Positions 41,537-53,214 of a stretch of 64,000 nucleotides of DNA are shown one piece after another. The translations under genes and the position numbers were made by a program. Source of the DNA: Patescibacteria group bacterium (GTDB lineage: Bacteria; Patescibacteriota; Patescibacteriia; UBA10025; JBIOWE01); contig JBIOWE010000004.1 in assembly GCA_044868145.1 (NCBI GenBank), positions 203,197 to 267,196 of the forward strand. Direction: 5' to 3'. Within the stretch, counting starts at the first letter, position 1; each line of letters opens with the position of its first letter. Below the pieces are notes generated by a model. That model had not been told where the DNA came from and did not search any database. It worked only from the letters and a program-made list of their open reading frames with translations.

Positions 41537-42028
41537 ATGTCCAATCGCCATCTCGCACGTACGATTGCCATGCAGTCGCTCTATGAGTGGGACTTCAACA
41601 AGCTCACAGAGCAGCAATTACTGAAACTCGTTGATTACAATGTCCGGGAGTTTGCACCCGGTCTCGACGATCATGGGTTTATTTTGCACCTCGTGAAGGG
41701 CGTGCTGCGCCATTTACCAGAGATCAACGCGCTCATTACGAAGTACGCGCCTGAATGGCCGCTTGAGCAGATCACGGTTGTTGACCGCAATGTGCTCCGG
41801 ATTGGCATTTTTGAATTGAAACTTTCAAGCGGTGCAATCCCTCCGAAAGTGGCTATTAATGAAGCGATTGAACTCGCGAAGACTTTTGGCGGCGAATCAT
41901 CCGGTAAGTTCGTCAACGGCGTACTCGGTACTATTTATAAAGAGATGGTTGGGAAGGGCGAAATTGCGGCCACGGACGGTAACGCTCAAACGTCCCAACA
42001 ACCAACGCCGCCAGTGACGCAAAACTAG
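41537..42028 (+). CDS. nusB: transcription antitermination factor NusB
   Basis: RHLAR...[34 protein letters not shown]. Confidence 0.97.
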   Translation: MSNRHLARTIAMQSLYEWDFNKLTEQQLLKLVDYNVREFAPGLDDHGFILHLVKGVLRHLPEINALITKYAPEWPLEQITVVDRNVLRIGIFELKLSSGAIPPKVAINEAIELAKTFGGESSGKFVNGVLGTIYKEMVGKGEIAATDGNAQTSQQPTPPVTQN

Positions 42029-42046
42029 TAATCGTCGTTTTTTTGC

Positions 42047-42739
42047 ATGAAAGATTTTTCTCAACTGGAAAAGAAAATTGGAGTGAAGTTTCAAAATCCT
42101 GATCTTTTGAAACAAGCACTCGTCCACCGTTCGTATTTAAATGAGCATCCGACCTTTGCTTTGCATCATAACGAGCGGTTGGAGTTTTTAGGTGACGCGG
42201 TCCTTGAACTGATCGTCACCGAATATTTATATACGCATTTTAACAATCCGGAAGGCGAACTAACGAACTGGCGCGCGAGTCTTGTTAATGCCAACGCGCT
42301 CGCTGAAATCACCAAACAGCTTGATCTTGAGGATTACTTATTTCTGTCCCGAGGAGAATCGAAGGACGCGAACTCCAAAGCACGGCACTATATTCTCGCG
42401 AACGCGCTCGAAGCGCTTATCGGTGCGATGTACCTCGATGGCGGATGGGACACGGCAAAGGCATTCGTTACAAAGCACATTTTGTCGAAATTGGATTACA
42501 TTATCGAACACAAGCTTTACCTTGATCCGAAAAGCCGTTTTCAGGAAGAATCCCAGGAGCGATATGGTATTACGCCGACCTATCGAGTGCTGTCGGAAAC
42601 CGGACCGGATCATTCAAAACAATTCGTTGTTGGATTGTATCTTGGCGACGAAGAGGTGGCTCGCGGCAGAGGTTCTTCCAAACAGGAAGCGCAAGTTGAT
42701 GCTGCGGCCAATGGATTGAAGGTCAAAGGGTGGGATTAG
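42047..42739 (+). CDS. rnc: ribonuclease III
   Basis: HNERLEFLGDAVL, EALIGAMYLDGG, dsRBD DPKS...GPDH...SKQEAQ. Confidence 0.98.
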   Translation: MKDFSQLEKKIGVKFQNPDLLKQALVHRSYLNEHPTFALHHNERLEFLGDAVLELIVTEYLYTHFNNPEGELTNWRASLVNANALAEITKQLDLEDYLFLSRGESKDANSKARHYILANALEALIGAMYLDGGWDTAKAFVTKHILSKLDYIIEHKLYLDPKSRFQEESQERYGITPTYRVLSETGPDHSKQFVVGLYLGDEEVARGRGSSKQEAQVDAAANGLKVKGWD

Positions 42740-42843
42740 CGCTTGACATTAAGTAGGCTTTTTGCTAGATTGGCTCATTAGCCCTTTTATAAAATAAACA
42801 AGGAACATAGTGGCCAAGTAATTTCTACATGTAAGGAGGACGC

Positions 42844-43182
42844 GTGAAAAACATCAAACGGCAGTTTTTTCGCCAACAAGGATATAACTGTGAGAACTCG
42901 GGCTGCGGATATTCTGCTCTTGCTGATCGTCGTACACTTCAATCGATAAGAAGTCGAGACACCATCCCAGCTCTTTGGGTTGATGTTCAGCAGGAGAAAG
43001 TGTACTGCTATCAGTGCAAACGACAGCTTGAATATCTCATCGGGAGAGAGCTCATTGCGCTTGTTGTCATTCTTGTTGAACAAGAAAAGATCCCGGCCGA
43101 AAAACGCCGACAAGTCAATGACGCAATTCACGTCAGAAACGGAAAGCATATTTTTTACCCATTCGCCTCAATGCGGCGATAA
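42844..43182 (+). CDS. hypothetical protein, possible Zn-binding (CxxxxC...CxxC)
   Basis: TTGACA-17-TAGATT promoter, AAGGAGG SD, GTG start. Confidence 0.65.
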   Translation: MKNIKRQFFRQQGYNCENSGCGYSALADRRTLQSIRSRDTIPALWVDVQQEKVYCYQCKRQLEYLIGRELIALVVILVEQEKIPAEKRRQVNDAIHVRNGKHIFYPFASMRR

Positions 43183-43392
43183 AGTGCCTTACAATAAGTA
43201 TATGCCCAAGAAAAATTCTTGGGCATTTTATTATCAAATCCCGTTTTTTCAACCAAAAAGCTGAAGCGAAAAACCTCTTCAGCTTTTTTGTATGTTTCGT
43301 CCCTTGACAGATTTTCTGTTCCTGCGGTAAGATACACCACTAACCCAAAAACCTAAACAATGGTACGGAATAGCGTACCTAAGGAGGAATTA

Positions 43393-44088
43393 ATGAGGGA
43401 TAGCACTTTGACAGAGCAATCGTCAGAAAAGGGAGGAGGGATGAGACCGTTTACAACTATTTTTGCATGCCTGGGTATTTGTATAGCCTTGCTCGCCATT
43501 GCATGGTTTGCAATCCTCGGCCCATATATTGTCCGAGTAGAAAAGCACGTTATGGACAGGATTGATCAGGCGAGTGATTCAAGCCAGGCAGCAATCAAAG
43601 CTGTTTCCACCTCTCTCACAGAGTCTTGGAAAATGTTTGACTCTACCGCAGTAAAAAAGTCGGTACGGATGCTTACCAGCAAGGAATTGTCACATGATAC
43701 GGCACTGGTTTCACTGCAGATGCAAAACAACACATTCACACAGAGTGTCCAACAAGCTGAAACGACTTTAGCGAAGCTTGAAAGGGCAGTTACCGATTCT
43801 AGCAAGGCTGTTCGCGACTATTTCCTCGGGTATCTCGACATGATGAGTCGCAGTCTCGAAAATCGTTTTGATAATTTGTTCCAGCTTGTCTACAATGTCG
43901 GAAAGGACCAGGAGACAATGAAAGCCGATATCCATGGATTGGCTAAGTACAGCAGCTCATCACTCCATCATTTCTGGCCATTCAGCTTAGCGCAGGGAAG
44001 CTATAAACCCAAATCGTCGAAGCAAGACACGACAAAGTTTCGTACACTTCCATCTCCCCAACCTCTTCAAACAGCTCCTTCAGATTGA
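43393..44088 (+). CDS. membrane-anchored coiled-coil hypothetical protein
   Basis: AAGGAGG SD, TM helix then a helical region; alternative start 43441. Confidence 0.7.
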   Translation: MRDSTLTEQSSEKGGGMRPFTTIFACLGICIALLAIAWFAILGPYIVRVEKHVMDRIDQASDSSQAAIKAVSTSLTESWKMFDSTAVKKSVRMLTSKELSHDTALVSLQMQNNTFTQSVQQAETTLAKLERAVTDSSKAVRDYFLGYLDMMSRSLENRFDNLFQLVYNVGKDQETMKADIHGLAKYSSSSLHHFWPFSLAQGSYKPKSSKQDTTKFRTLPSPQPLQTAPSD

Positions 44089-44153
44089 CCCTCTCCAGAA
44101 CCCATCGTCTGTATATGACGGTGGGTTTTTCTTTCTGGTATAATAGGTATTGC

Positions 44154-44516
44154 ATGGAACTCACGAAAAAAAAGTGCATACCCTGCGAGGGAGGAACTCC
44201 CCCGCTTACACCGGAACAGTACAAGCCCTTTCTTGAACAAGTGCCAACGTGGCGCGTGCAGAAGATCACCGTTGATGGGCAATCCGTTGATACGTTGCAA
44301 AAAAATTTTTCGTTTAAGAATTTCCAGAAATTGATGGATTTTCTCGTCGAAGTCGGCAAACTCGCAGAGGTAGAAGGACACCATCCTAATTTTTACGTAC
44401 ATGACTACCGATTCGTTGATTTTACACTCTACACGCATGCGATTAAAGGGCTTCACGACAACGACTTTATTTTGGCCGCGAAAATAGACGAAACCTACCG
44501 GCAGCCCAGCAAGTAG
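44154..44516 (+). CDS. pterin-4-alpha-carbinolamine dehydratase (PhhB family)
   Basis: CIPCEGG, FKNF, AEVEGHHP, YTHAIKGLHDNDFILAAKID. Confidence 0.93.
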   Translation: MELTKKKCIPCEGGTPPLTPEQYKPFLEQVPTWRVQKITVDGQSVDTLQKNFSFKNFQKLMDFLVEVGKLAEVEGHHPNFYVHDYRFVDFTLYTHAIKGLHDNDFILAAKIDETYRQPSK

Positions 44517-44664
44517 GTTTCTTTCATCGATCTTTTCCTTTCCAGAGCGGGAACTGGCAGGAATTTTTTTGTTCGGTCGCATATCTATTGACAAAGATTC
44601 ATATGTTCTTTAAGATGACGCGAGCTGAACTTTGACAAAAAATAACATAAACAATGGAGGGAAA

Positions 44665-44973
44665 GTGACACAAGAGAAAGAACGCGCAGAGTTTACGGCA
44701 AAGGTGGAGTTTTGGAGTCGTTGCTTGAGCCATATTGAACGTAAGCGTCCAAATCAAAATACACCTGTCTTGCGCAGGTTTAAGGCGCTGTTACAACGCA
44801 TAGCGTGCGAAAAAATACCTGACTGGCTTGCGTTGAGTGTTGATCCCAGCGATGAAGATCTCTATGACAAGGTATCGCACTTGCAAATAGCAGCAAGGCA
44901 GGAACTGGGCTTCATAAGCGTACCAGGCGTTTCCATTGCAGAACTGGAGGCACAGTATGCCTACGTTTCTTGA
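44665..44973 (+). CDS. hypothetical protein
   Basis: TTGACA-17-TAAGAT promoter, GGAGG SD; overlaps the pyrF start. Confidence 0.6.
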   Translation: MTQEKERAEFTAKVEFWSRCLSHIERKRPNQNTPVLRRFKALLQRIACEKIPDWLALSVDPSDEDLYDKVSHLQIAARQELGFISVPGVSIAELEAQYAYVS

Positions 44974-45811
44974 GAAGTTGAAAGCAGCACAGGAAAAGAA
45001 CAACAGTTGGGTGTGCGTAGGGCTTGATCCGGATATAAGGAAATTGCCTAACTATCTGGAAAGATATCTCGATCGCGAGAACGCAATCTTCACCTTCAAC
45101 AGGAAAATCATTGACGCCACCCGCGAACTCGTTTGCGCTTATAAGCCCAATATCGCATTCTACAGCGCCGAAGGTTTACCAGGGTTGACCGCTCTCATGA
45201 GAACCGTCCAGTATATCGCCAGTACATACCCGGAAATCTGCATCATTCTTGACGCAAAACGAGGCGATATTGGTCCTACTGCAGTGCAGTATGCAAAGGA
45301 AGCGTTTGAGGTGTTCGGCGCAGACGCTGCTACGGTCAATCCCTACTCAGGTTTTGACACGCTGGAAGCCTTTTTTAACTATCCGAATAAAGGCACGATT
45401 GTCCTTTGCAAAACATCGAACAAAGGGTCGAGTGACATGCAGGATTGCTGGGTAACGACAAAGAAAGGCTTTGTGCAGCTCTTCCACATTGTCGCCGAAA
45501 AAATACGAGAGCAATTCAAACGTACCGGCAATGTCGGTCTTGTAGTAGGCGCTACGTACCCAGCGGAGCTTAGGCAGGTTAGGGAAATTGTCGATTCTTA
45601 TATGCCTATACTCATCCCAGGCATTGGTACTCAAGGTGGCGATTTGGCAGCGACCATGAAAGCGAATTGTGGCGGGCTCGCTCTCATCAATTCTTCCAGC
45701 GGCATTTTGTATGCTTATCAAAAAGTTCAAAGCGGCGATGAGTATAAGTTCGCCGAGTACGCAGCAGCTGAAGCGGAGAAGCTACGAGATCAGATCAACC
45801 AATTGAAATAG
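44957..45811 (+). CDS. pyrF: orotidine-5'-phosphate decarboxylase (subfamily 2)
   Basis: VCVGLDP, YKPNIAFY, DAKRGDIG, GLVVGAT, LIPGIGTQGG, INSS. Confidence 0.96.
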   Translation: MPTFLEKLKAAQEKNNSWVCVGLDPDIRKLPNYLERYLDRENAIFTFNRKIIDATRELVCAYKPNIAFYSAEGLPGLTALMRTVQYIASTYPEICIILDAKRGDIGPTAVQYAKEAFEVFGADAATVNPYSGFDTLEAFFNYPNKGTIVLCKTSNKGSSDMQDCWVTTKKGFVQLFHIVAEKIREQFKRTGNVGLVVGATYPAELRQVREIVDSYMPILIPGIGTQGGDLAATMKANCGGLALINSSSGILYAYQKVQSGDEYKFAEYAAAEAEKLRDQINQLK

Positions 45812-45938
45812 CATCTTTATGAAAGCCAGACGTTTTTGTCTGGCTTTTTTATTGCTTGACCCCGCCAGAGCTCTCATGCTACTGTGTTAATAATTTAGTC
45901 AATTGAACGTTCACAATAAAAACTTAGGAGGCCATCCG

Positions 45939-46619
45939 ATGAATTGGAAAGAGAGATTTGAGCACGAAGGATTGACCAAAGATGGACACTTTGTCCTTCA
46001 TGGGGGGATTCACGCCCCGAAGTATTTCGATTCCGCGGTCCCAACGACCCGGAATCACCCCCTATTTAACGAGATCGTGGACGCCCTGTGTCAACTCGTG
46101 CGTCCAAACATCGCACAACGGGTAACCGTGCTTGGTTGTGGAAAGGCTGCTTTCTATGCCCATCAAGTCGCCATGCGATTGCCCGGGATGCGCAATATTC
46201 GGACAAGATTTGCGTTTTTAACCCGCGAGCTGCACGGCCCGTTGTTGCTTTCGTATGATCAAGGGAGTCTCTTGCGAGACGAACGAGATCCGAGGAAAGG
46301 GGCGGATGTGATTTTCGTGGATGACGTACATACGACCGGCGCGACCCTCGACAGCGTTATCGATGTTACGAATCGGCGCGGTGCCAGTATTCGTCAGTAC
46401 ATCACCATCGTGAATCGTTCCAAAGAGCAGATACACAATTACACGTCAGAATACAACCTCTTGATTGAGTCATTAGTGAACCTTTCTGACATGAAGTTGT
46501 GGGAAAGTCGTTCTGTGTGTGAACTCTGCGCAAAAGGCATCCCGATCAGCACGGAATATGGGATGGGCCGCCAAGAATTTTCGCTCCTAGGTCAGCCAGT
46601 GGCAAAGGTAAGAAAATAG
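45939..46619 (+). CDS. pyrE: divergent orotate phosphoribosyltransferase-like protein
   Basis: GHFVLHGGIHAPKYFD, PRPP motif VIFVDDVHTTGAT, C-terminal CELCAKG; next to pyrF. Confidence 0.7.
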   Translation: MNWKERFEHEGLTKDGHFVLHGGIHAPKYFDSAVPTTRNHPLFNEIVDALCQLVRPNIAQRVTVLGCGKAAFYAHQVAMRLPGMRNIRTRFAFLTRELHGPLLLSYDQGSLLRDERDPRKGADVIFVDDVHTTGATLDSVIDVTNRRGASIRQYITIVNRSKEQIHNYTSEYNLLIESLVNLSDMKLWESRSVCELCAKGIPISTEYGMGRQEFSLLGQPVAKVRK

Positions 46620-46769
46620 CACATTATGCCGCCGATTTATATACAAAAGTCGGCGGTTTTTCTTTGCGAAAATGCTAAAATTTGCTAAACTACATAAACG
46701 TAACAAGGGTTTTTACCTTTACTTATTCATATCTGATTAGACGATTAGCGAATCAACCGATTAACTAAG

Positions 46770-49424
46770 ATGTATCTGCAGAAACTCGAAATTCAAGGGT
46801 TTAAGTCCTTTGCGACCAAAGTACATTTGGAATTTACCGAGGGTATTACCGCGGTGGTCGGTCCGAATGGTTCAGGGAAGTCCAACATCGCTGACGCAGT
46901 TCGTTGGGTGCTCGGAGAACAGAGCATGCGCCTTTTGCGCAGTAAAAAAGCCGACGACGTGATCTTCGCAGGGTCCGACAAGAAAACCAGGCTTGGGTTC
47001 GCCCAGGTCGATTTGCATTTCAATAACGAGGACCACAAAGCGCCCCTCGATTATCCCGAAGTGGTCATTTCGCGGCGCGTGTATAGGTCCGGCGAGGGAG
47101 AATATTTCATTAATAAGAATAAAGTACGACTCCAAGATGTCTTGCTCTTGCTTGCAAAATCAAGCGTGGGCCAGCGCACCTACTCCATCATCAGCCAAGG
47201 GATGGCTGATATGATTTTGAATCTGACGCCCGCGGAGCGGAAGAATTTCTTCGACGAGGCCGCCGGCGTTCGCGAATTTCAGATAAAAAAAGATCAAGCC
47301 GAGCATAAACTTGACGCGACAACCGAGAATATCAAGCAGGCCGATCTGCTCATTCACGAAATTGCGCCGCGACTTCGGTCTCTCACGCGCCAAGTCCATC
47401 GGCTTGAACGCCGCGGTGAAGTGTTGGCCCAATTGAAGGAATCACAACACCGGTATTACGCTTGGACTTGGCATGATCTCGCAAAGCACATCAGCGAACA
47501 GGAACGCAAACAAACCGACGCAACGAGCGCGCAAGAGGCGATTGCCAAAACCGTCAATACGCTCAAACAGCAATTGGAGGCTTTGAGTCAGGGGGGGTCG
47601 CGCACGCAAGCGTTTCAAAAACTTGAGCGCGAATATCGCGTGCTCACCGAGGAAAAAAGTAAATTGCTCCGCGATGAAGCGCGCTTGAAGGGTAAAATGG
47701 ACGTCGAATTGGAGAAAACCGGGCATGCGAATCTTGGTTGGCTCGAGCGCCGTCTAGAAGAGTTGGAGGGTCGCCGCACGCAACTCGAGGAGGAGCACGC
47801 ATCACTCGAAACCGAGCGCAAGGGCATGGCTCAAAAACAAGACGTGATAACGCGGGAATTGCAAGGCGTCATTCGAACAATCGAGCAGCTCAATAGCCAA
47901 ATCGAGCAGCAGAAAAATAAAGTACACAGCCAGCGGTCAACCGCGGTTCGCGAAATGGCGAATGACGTCGCGCAGTTATATGAACGTCAGGAGGCGTTCT
48001 ACGAAAAATTACGCGCAGCCCAGTCTACCGGCGACCTGAAACAACTGCAAGCGGAGGCGAAGAATATCACGGACGGCCTCAAAGACCTTTCGTTTAAACT
48101 CCGCGATCAGGAAACAATGAGCCCGGAAGAAGCGCTCGCGTTGCAAGCGAAGCTTACTGAACTGTATCAGCAGAAAGATCGCTTGACGCAGACGTTGCAT
48201 GAGTGGAACATGAAGACGCAAGCGGTAGACGAACGCCTTTCGTTTGCCCGTGAAGAACTCGACGAAACGGAAACCGAGCGGGAACGCGCCAGCGGCGAAT
48301 ACACGGCTGCAAAGAGTCAGGCCGGACCGGGTGGACAAGGGGTATTGCGTGAAGAAATTGAAAAAATCGTTCAGCACATAAAAAAGGTTGATGCGCAGAT
48401 ACTGGATCTTTCGCAGCAGCTCGCGGCTTTCCATGACCAAGAGGAAAAGAAAAAAACGGAAATTGTGCGCATCCAGCGAGCGCTCTCTGACGCTCAAACA
48501 AAGCTCGCCGGCGCAATGACGGTATCGAACGATATCAAAGTTGAGCTTGCGCGACTGGAAACGCGCCGGGAAGATTTGTTACGCGAAATGCGTGACGAAT
48601 TGTTACACGAAGAAATGGATCGAGCAAAAAATGTTCGCGAGGCGTCGCCGATCAAGGAGGATGCGTTCCAAGAGATTCAACGCCTCAAAGCACAGCTTTC
48701 GCAAATCGGCGGTATAGATCCGCAAATTGAAAAAGAATACACGGAAACAAAAGAACGCCACGATTTTCTTACAACGCAAGGCAAGGACTTGAAGAAAGCG
48801 ATGGAGGATTTGGAAGTGACGATCGAGAACCTCGATAACCAGATGAAATTGCGATTCAACAAATCTTTTGAAGCTATTAATGAGCAGTTTGGTCAATATT
48901 TCAAAATACTTTTTAATGGTGGCAGCGCAAAGCTGGGCCTCATTAAAGAAGTACCCCAGGAAGATGTGGTCATGGATGAGGAACAGGGAGAGAGTCCCGA
49001 AGAAACGGAAGAGGACCTAGAGGAAGAGCAGAAGCCAAAAGGTGAAAAAATTATTACTGGTGTAGAAATTATCGCACAGCCACCGGGCAAGCGTCTCAAA
49101 GGGATCAGCATGCTTTCCGGGGGCGAGCGCGCGCTCACGTCCATCGCACTCATTTGCGCGATTATTCATAACAATCCCTCGCCGTTTATTATTCTTGACG
49201 AGGTGGACGCAGCGCTTGATGAATCAAACTCTATTCGTTTTTCCTCGATTTTAGGGCAGCTCTCCAAAAAAACACAATTTATTGTGGTCACGCACAATCG
49301 CGCAACCATGCAAAAGGCGAATATTCTCTATGGCGTGACTATGGGCGACGACGGCGTTTCAAAACTTCTTTCAGTGAAAATGGAAGAAGCGGAACGCGTG
49401 ATTGAGCGAGGGACGAGGGGTTGA
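46770..49424 (+). CDS. smc: SMC-family ATPase, short (884 aa)
   Basis: GFKSF, GPNGSGKSN, FDEAAG, LSGGE, ILDEVDAALD, FIVVTH. Confidence 0.9.
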   Translation: MYLQKLEIQGFKSFATKVHLEFTEGITAVVGPNGSGKSNIADAVRWVLGEQSMRLLRSKKADDVIFAGSDKKTRLGFAQVDLHFNNEDHKAPLDYPEVVISRRVYRSGEGEYFINKNKVRLQDVLLLLAKSSVGQRTYSIISQGMADMILNLTPAERKNFFDEAAGVREFQIKKDQAEHKLDATTENIKQADLLIHEIAPRLRSLTRQVHRLERRGEVLAQLKESQHRYYAWTWHDLAKHISEQERKQTDATSAQEAIAKTVNTLKQQLEALSQGGSRTQAFQKLEREYRVLTEEKSKLLRDEARLKGKMDVELEKTGHANLGWLERRLEELEGRRTQLEEEHASLETERKGMAQKQDVITRELQGVIRTIEQLNSQIEQQKNKVHSQRSTAVREMANDVAQLYERQEAFYEKLRAAQSTGDLKQLQAEAKNITDGLKDLSFKLRDQETMSPEEALALQAKLTELYQQKDRLTQTLHEWNMKTQAVDERLSFAREELDETETERERASGEYTAAKSQAGPGGQGVLREEIEKIVQHIKKVDAQILDLSQQLAAFHDQEEKKKTEIVRIQRALSDAQTKLAGAMTVSNDIKVELARLETRREDLLREMRDELLHEEMDRAKNVREASPIKEDAFQEIQRLKAQLSQIGGIDPQIEKEYTETKERHDFLTTQGKDLKKAMEDLEVTIENLDNQMKLRFNKSFEAINEQFGQYFKILFNGGSAKLGLIKEVPQEDVVMDEEQGESPEETEEDLEEEQKPKGEKIITGVEIIAQPPGKRLKGISMLSGGERALTSIALICAIIHNNPSPFIILDEVDAALDESNSIRFSSILGQLSKKTQFIVVTHNRATMQKANILYGVTMGDDGVSKLLSVKMEEAERVIERGTRG

Positions 49425-49459
49425 CACGGCGGGCCGCGTGCTGTACCATCAACAATACT

Positions 49460-49900
49460 ATGTTAATGATCCGCTTGGCAAAAATCGGAAAAAAGAAGTA
49501 TCGCACGTTCCGCGTGGTCGTGTCTGAAAAATCGCGTGACGTGTTTGGGCCGGCGAATGAAATCCTCGGTTACTACGATCCGCACAAGAACGAGTTGAAA
49601 GTGAACGCTGAACGCGTGCAACACTGGATTTCCGTTGGTGCAAAGCCATCCCCTACTTTGCATAATCTTTTTGTAAGCCAAAATATCATCAAGGGAAAGA
49701 AGGTTGCGTTTGTTCGGGCAAAAAAGAAGAAGCAGGAAGAGGGAACGCCGGAAGCAAAAGCAGCGGAACCAACAAAGGAAGCAAAGGAAGAGCCTAAGCC
49801 GGCTGTACCGAAAGAAAAGAAGGAAGAACCGAAGGCTGTCAAAGCGGAAACGCCAAAAACTGAGGAGCCCGTGGACAAACAGAAGGCGAGAGCCGCATAA
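49460..49900 (+). CDS. rpsP: 30S ribosomal protein S16 with K/E/P-rich tail
   Basis: MLMIRL...GKKK...FRVVV...LGYYDP...WISVGAKPS. Confidence 0.96.
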   Translation: MLMIRLAKIGKKKYRTFRVVVSEKSRDVFGPANEILGYYDPHKNELKVNAERVQHWISVGAKPSPTLHNLFVSQNIIKGKKVAFVRAKKKKQEEGTPEAKAAEPTKEAKEEPKPAVPKEKKEEPKAVKAETPKTEEPVDKQKARAA

Positions 49901-50044
49901 AATTGACAACAGATATTTGGTATGATAGGCTCTTTTGTAGAAGTAGCCTCTTCCTTGACGCAAAGAAATATTATCAAATCTAAAGGTCGGCAGGCTTGAA
50001 AGGCTATCTTTTTTAGAGAAACTACTTAAGAATTCTTGAAGACT

Positions 50045-50392
50045 ATGGTTGCACGAGCAAGCGCTGGTACGCCAGCTGGAAAAGATCAAGAGTTCGTCGA
50101 GTACGTGGTAAAAGGGCTCGTTGACCGCCCCGAGGACGTCAAAGCCGAACGGACCGTTGACGAGATGGGCGTCTTGATTACGCTCAAGGTGAATCCGGCC
50201 GATCTCGGCCAGGTCATTGGCCGCCAAGGCCAAACAGCCAAAGCGATTCGAACATTGCTTCGCGTTGTTGGCGCAAAGAACCACGCTCGCGTGAACTTGA
50301 AGATCCACGAACCGGAAGGGTTCCGCAAAGGGCCCGCTCCGCGAGAACAAGTGGCTGAAGACACCTCAGCCGTTGACGATTTGAAGATTTAA
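50045..50392 (+). CDS. khpA: KH-domain RNA-binding protein KhpA
   Basis: LVDRPEDV...DLGQVIGRQGQTAKAIRTLL; synteny after rpsP. Confidence 0.93.
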   Translation: MVARASAGTPAGKDQEFVEYVVKGLVDRPEDVKAERTVDEMGVLITLKVNPADLGQVIGRQGQTAKAIRTLLRVVGAKNHARVNLKIHEPEGFRKGPAPREQVAEDTSAVDDLKI

Positions 50393-50456
50393 TTCGACTA
50401 ATAGACAAAAGCCGCGACCTTTGTGATATACTTCACTCGCGGTTTTTGATTTACCT

Positions 50457-51122
50457 ATGCGCATCGATATTCTCACAATTTTTCCCCACATTTTCGATTC
50501 TTATTTCCAAGAAAGTATTTTGAAGCGCGCGGTCGCGAAAAAAATTCTCTCGTTTCATATTCATGATATTCGTCGCTTCGCTCGCGATAAGCACCGCACC
50601 GTGGATGACCGTCCGTATGGCGGCGGGCCAGGGATGATTTTGAAAATCGATCCACTCTATCGGTGTTTGCAGGCAGTGCCAAAAAAGAAGAACCGTCGTG
50701 CGATTTTGCTCACTCCCGGAGGAAAGATATTGCATCAGGGGTCCGTGAAGCGGCTAACGCGTTATGATCAATTGATATTAGTGTGTGGGCGCTACGAAGG
50801 GTTTGACGATCGGATTCGACCATATGTTGACGAAGAAATTTCCATCGGTGAATATGTACTTACCGGCGGTGAATTGCCCGTCATGGTTGTTGTGGATGCG
50901 GTGAGCCGGCACATTCCCGGCGTCCTTGGCAATGAAGCGTCTTCGAAAGATGAAACGTTCTCCAAGGGCAATACCTTGGCTGAATATCCGCAATACACCC
51001 GACCTGAAAAATTCCTTGGGAAACGCGTTCCACCCGTGCTCTTGAGCGGTGATCATAAGAAAATTGAGGCGTGGCGCGAGCAACACCGGCGCAAGCGGCC
51101 GATTCGTCGGCACAATCCTTGA
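50457..51122 (+). CDS. trmD: tRNA (guanine-N1)-methyltransferase TrmD
   Basis: VDDRPYGGGPGM, CGRYEG, SIGEYVLTGGE, EYPQYTRP, VLLSGDH. Confidence 0.98.
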   Translation: MRIDILTIFPHIFDSYFQESILKRAVAKKILSFHIHDIRRFARDKHRTVDDRPYGGGPGMILKIDPLYRCLQAVPKKKNRRAILLTPGGKILHQGSVKRLTRYDQLILVCGRYEGFDDRIRPYVDEEISIGEYVLTGGELPVMVVVDAVSRHIPGVLGNEASSKDETFSKGNTLAEYPQYTRPEKFLGKRVPPVLLSGDHKKIEAWREQHRRKRPIRRHNP

Positions 51123-51147
51123 CAAAGTCCACTTTTCGGTATACAAT
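51119..51147 (+). promoter_or_regulatory. sigma70 promoter of the rRNA transcript
   Basis: TTGACA-17-TACAAT; boxA-like GACCTTTGACAA at 51303; leader 51307-51331 pairs with trailer 52988-53011 (processing stem). Confidence 0.75.
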
Positions 51148-51409
51148 ACGCGTGCCAAGATCGATAGGTTGAAATTGGCTAATTTAAAAGGAAAAGGAGA
51201 CAAAAACTTAGCGGAGCAGACGATTATATACATCATAAATTAACGGTTTCGTCATTGTTTGAATCCCGCTTAAGTTCTGGGATTCTTTTTTGTCCCTTAA
51301 GTGACCTTTGACAATGAACATGTGACAGGAACCTGGTATGTAACCCATACCAGTCGGGAACGTCATAGTTGAAGCAATGAGCGATGGTGAATGCCATCCT
51401 TATTGTTTC

Positions 51410-52921
<1,512 letters not shown>

Positions 52922-53115
52922 AGGGAGAATAATGATTGTTTGTCGACATCAGCTCTGCTGATGACTTTAGTTCGTGGGCGTTCCCATTCTTGTCACATTT
53001 TCATTGCCAAAACCTCGACACGTTCGAGGTAAACCAAAACACATTGGCTTTACAATGCCAATGTTTTTTGTTAGCATGGAACAGTAATTGGCAAAATGAC
53101 CCCGCATAAAAATTT

Positions 53116-53190
53116 GGGTGCGTAGCTCAGTGGTAGAGCACGTCACTGATAATGACGGGGTCGGAGGTTCGATCCCTCCCGCACCCACCA
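53116..53190 (+). tRNA. tRNA-Ile(GAT)
   Basis: Anticodon arm cgtca-ctGATaa-tgacg; CCA encoded. Confidence 0.97.
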
Positions 53191-53214
53191 ACCCCAAATT
53201 TTGTACGGGGCAAG

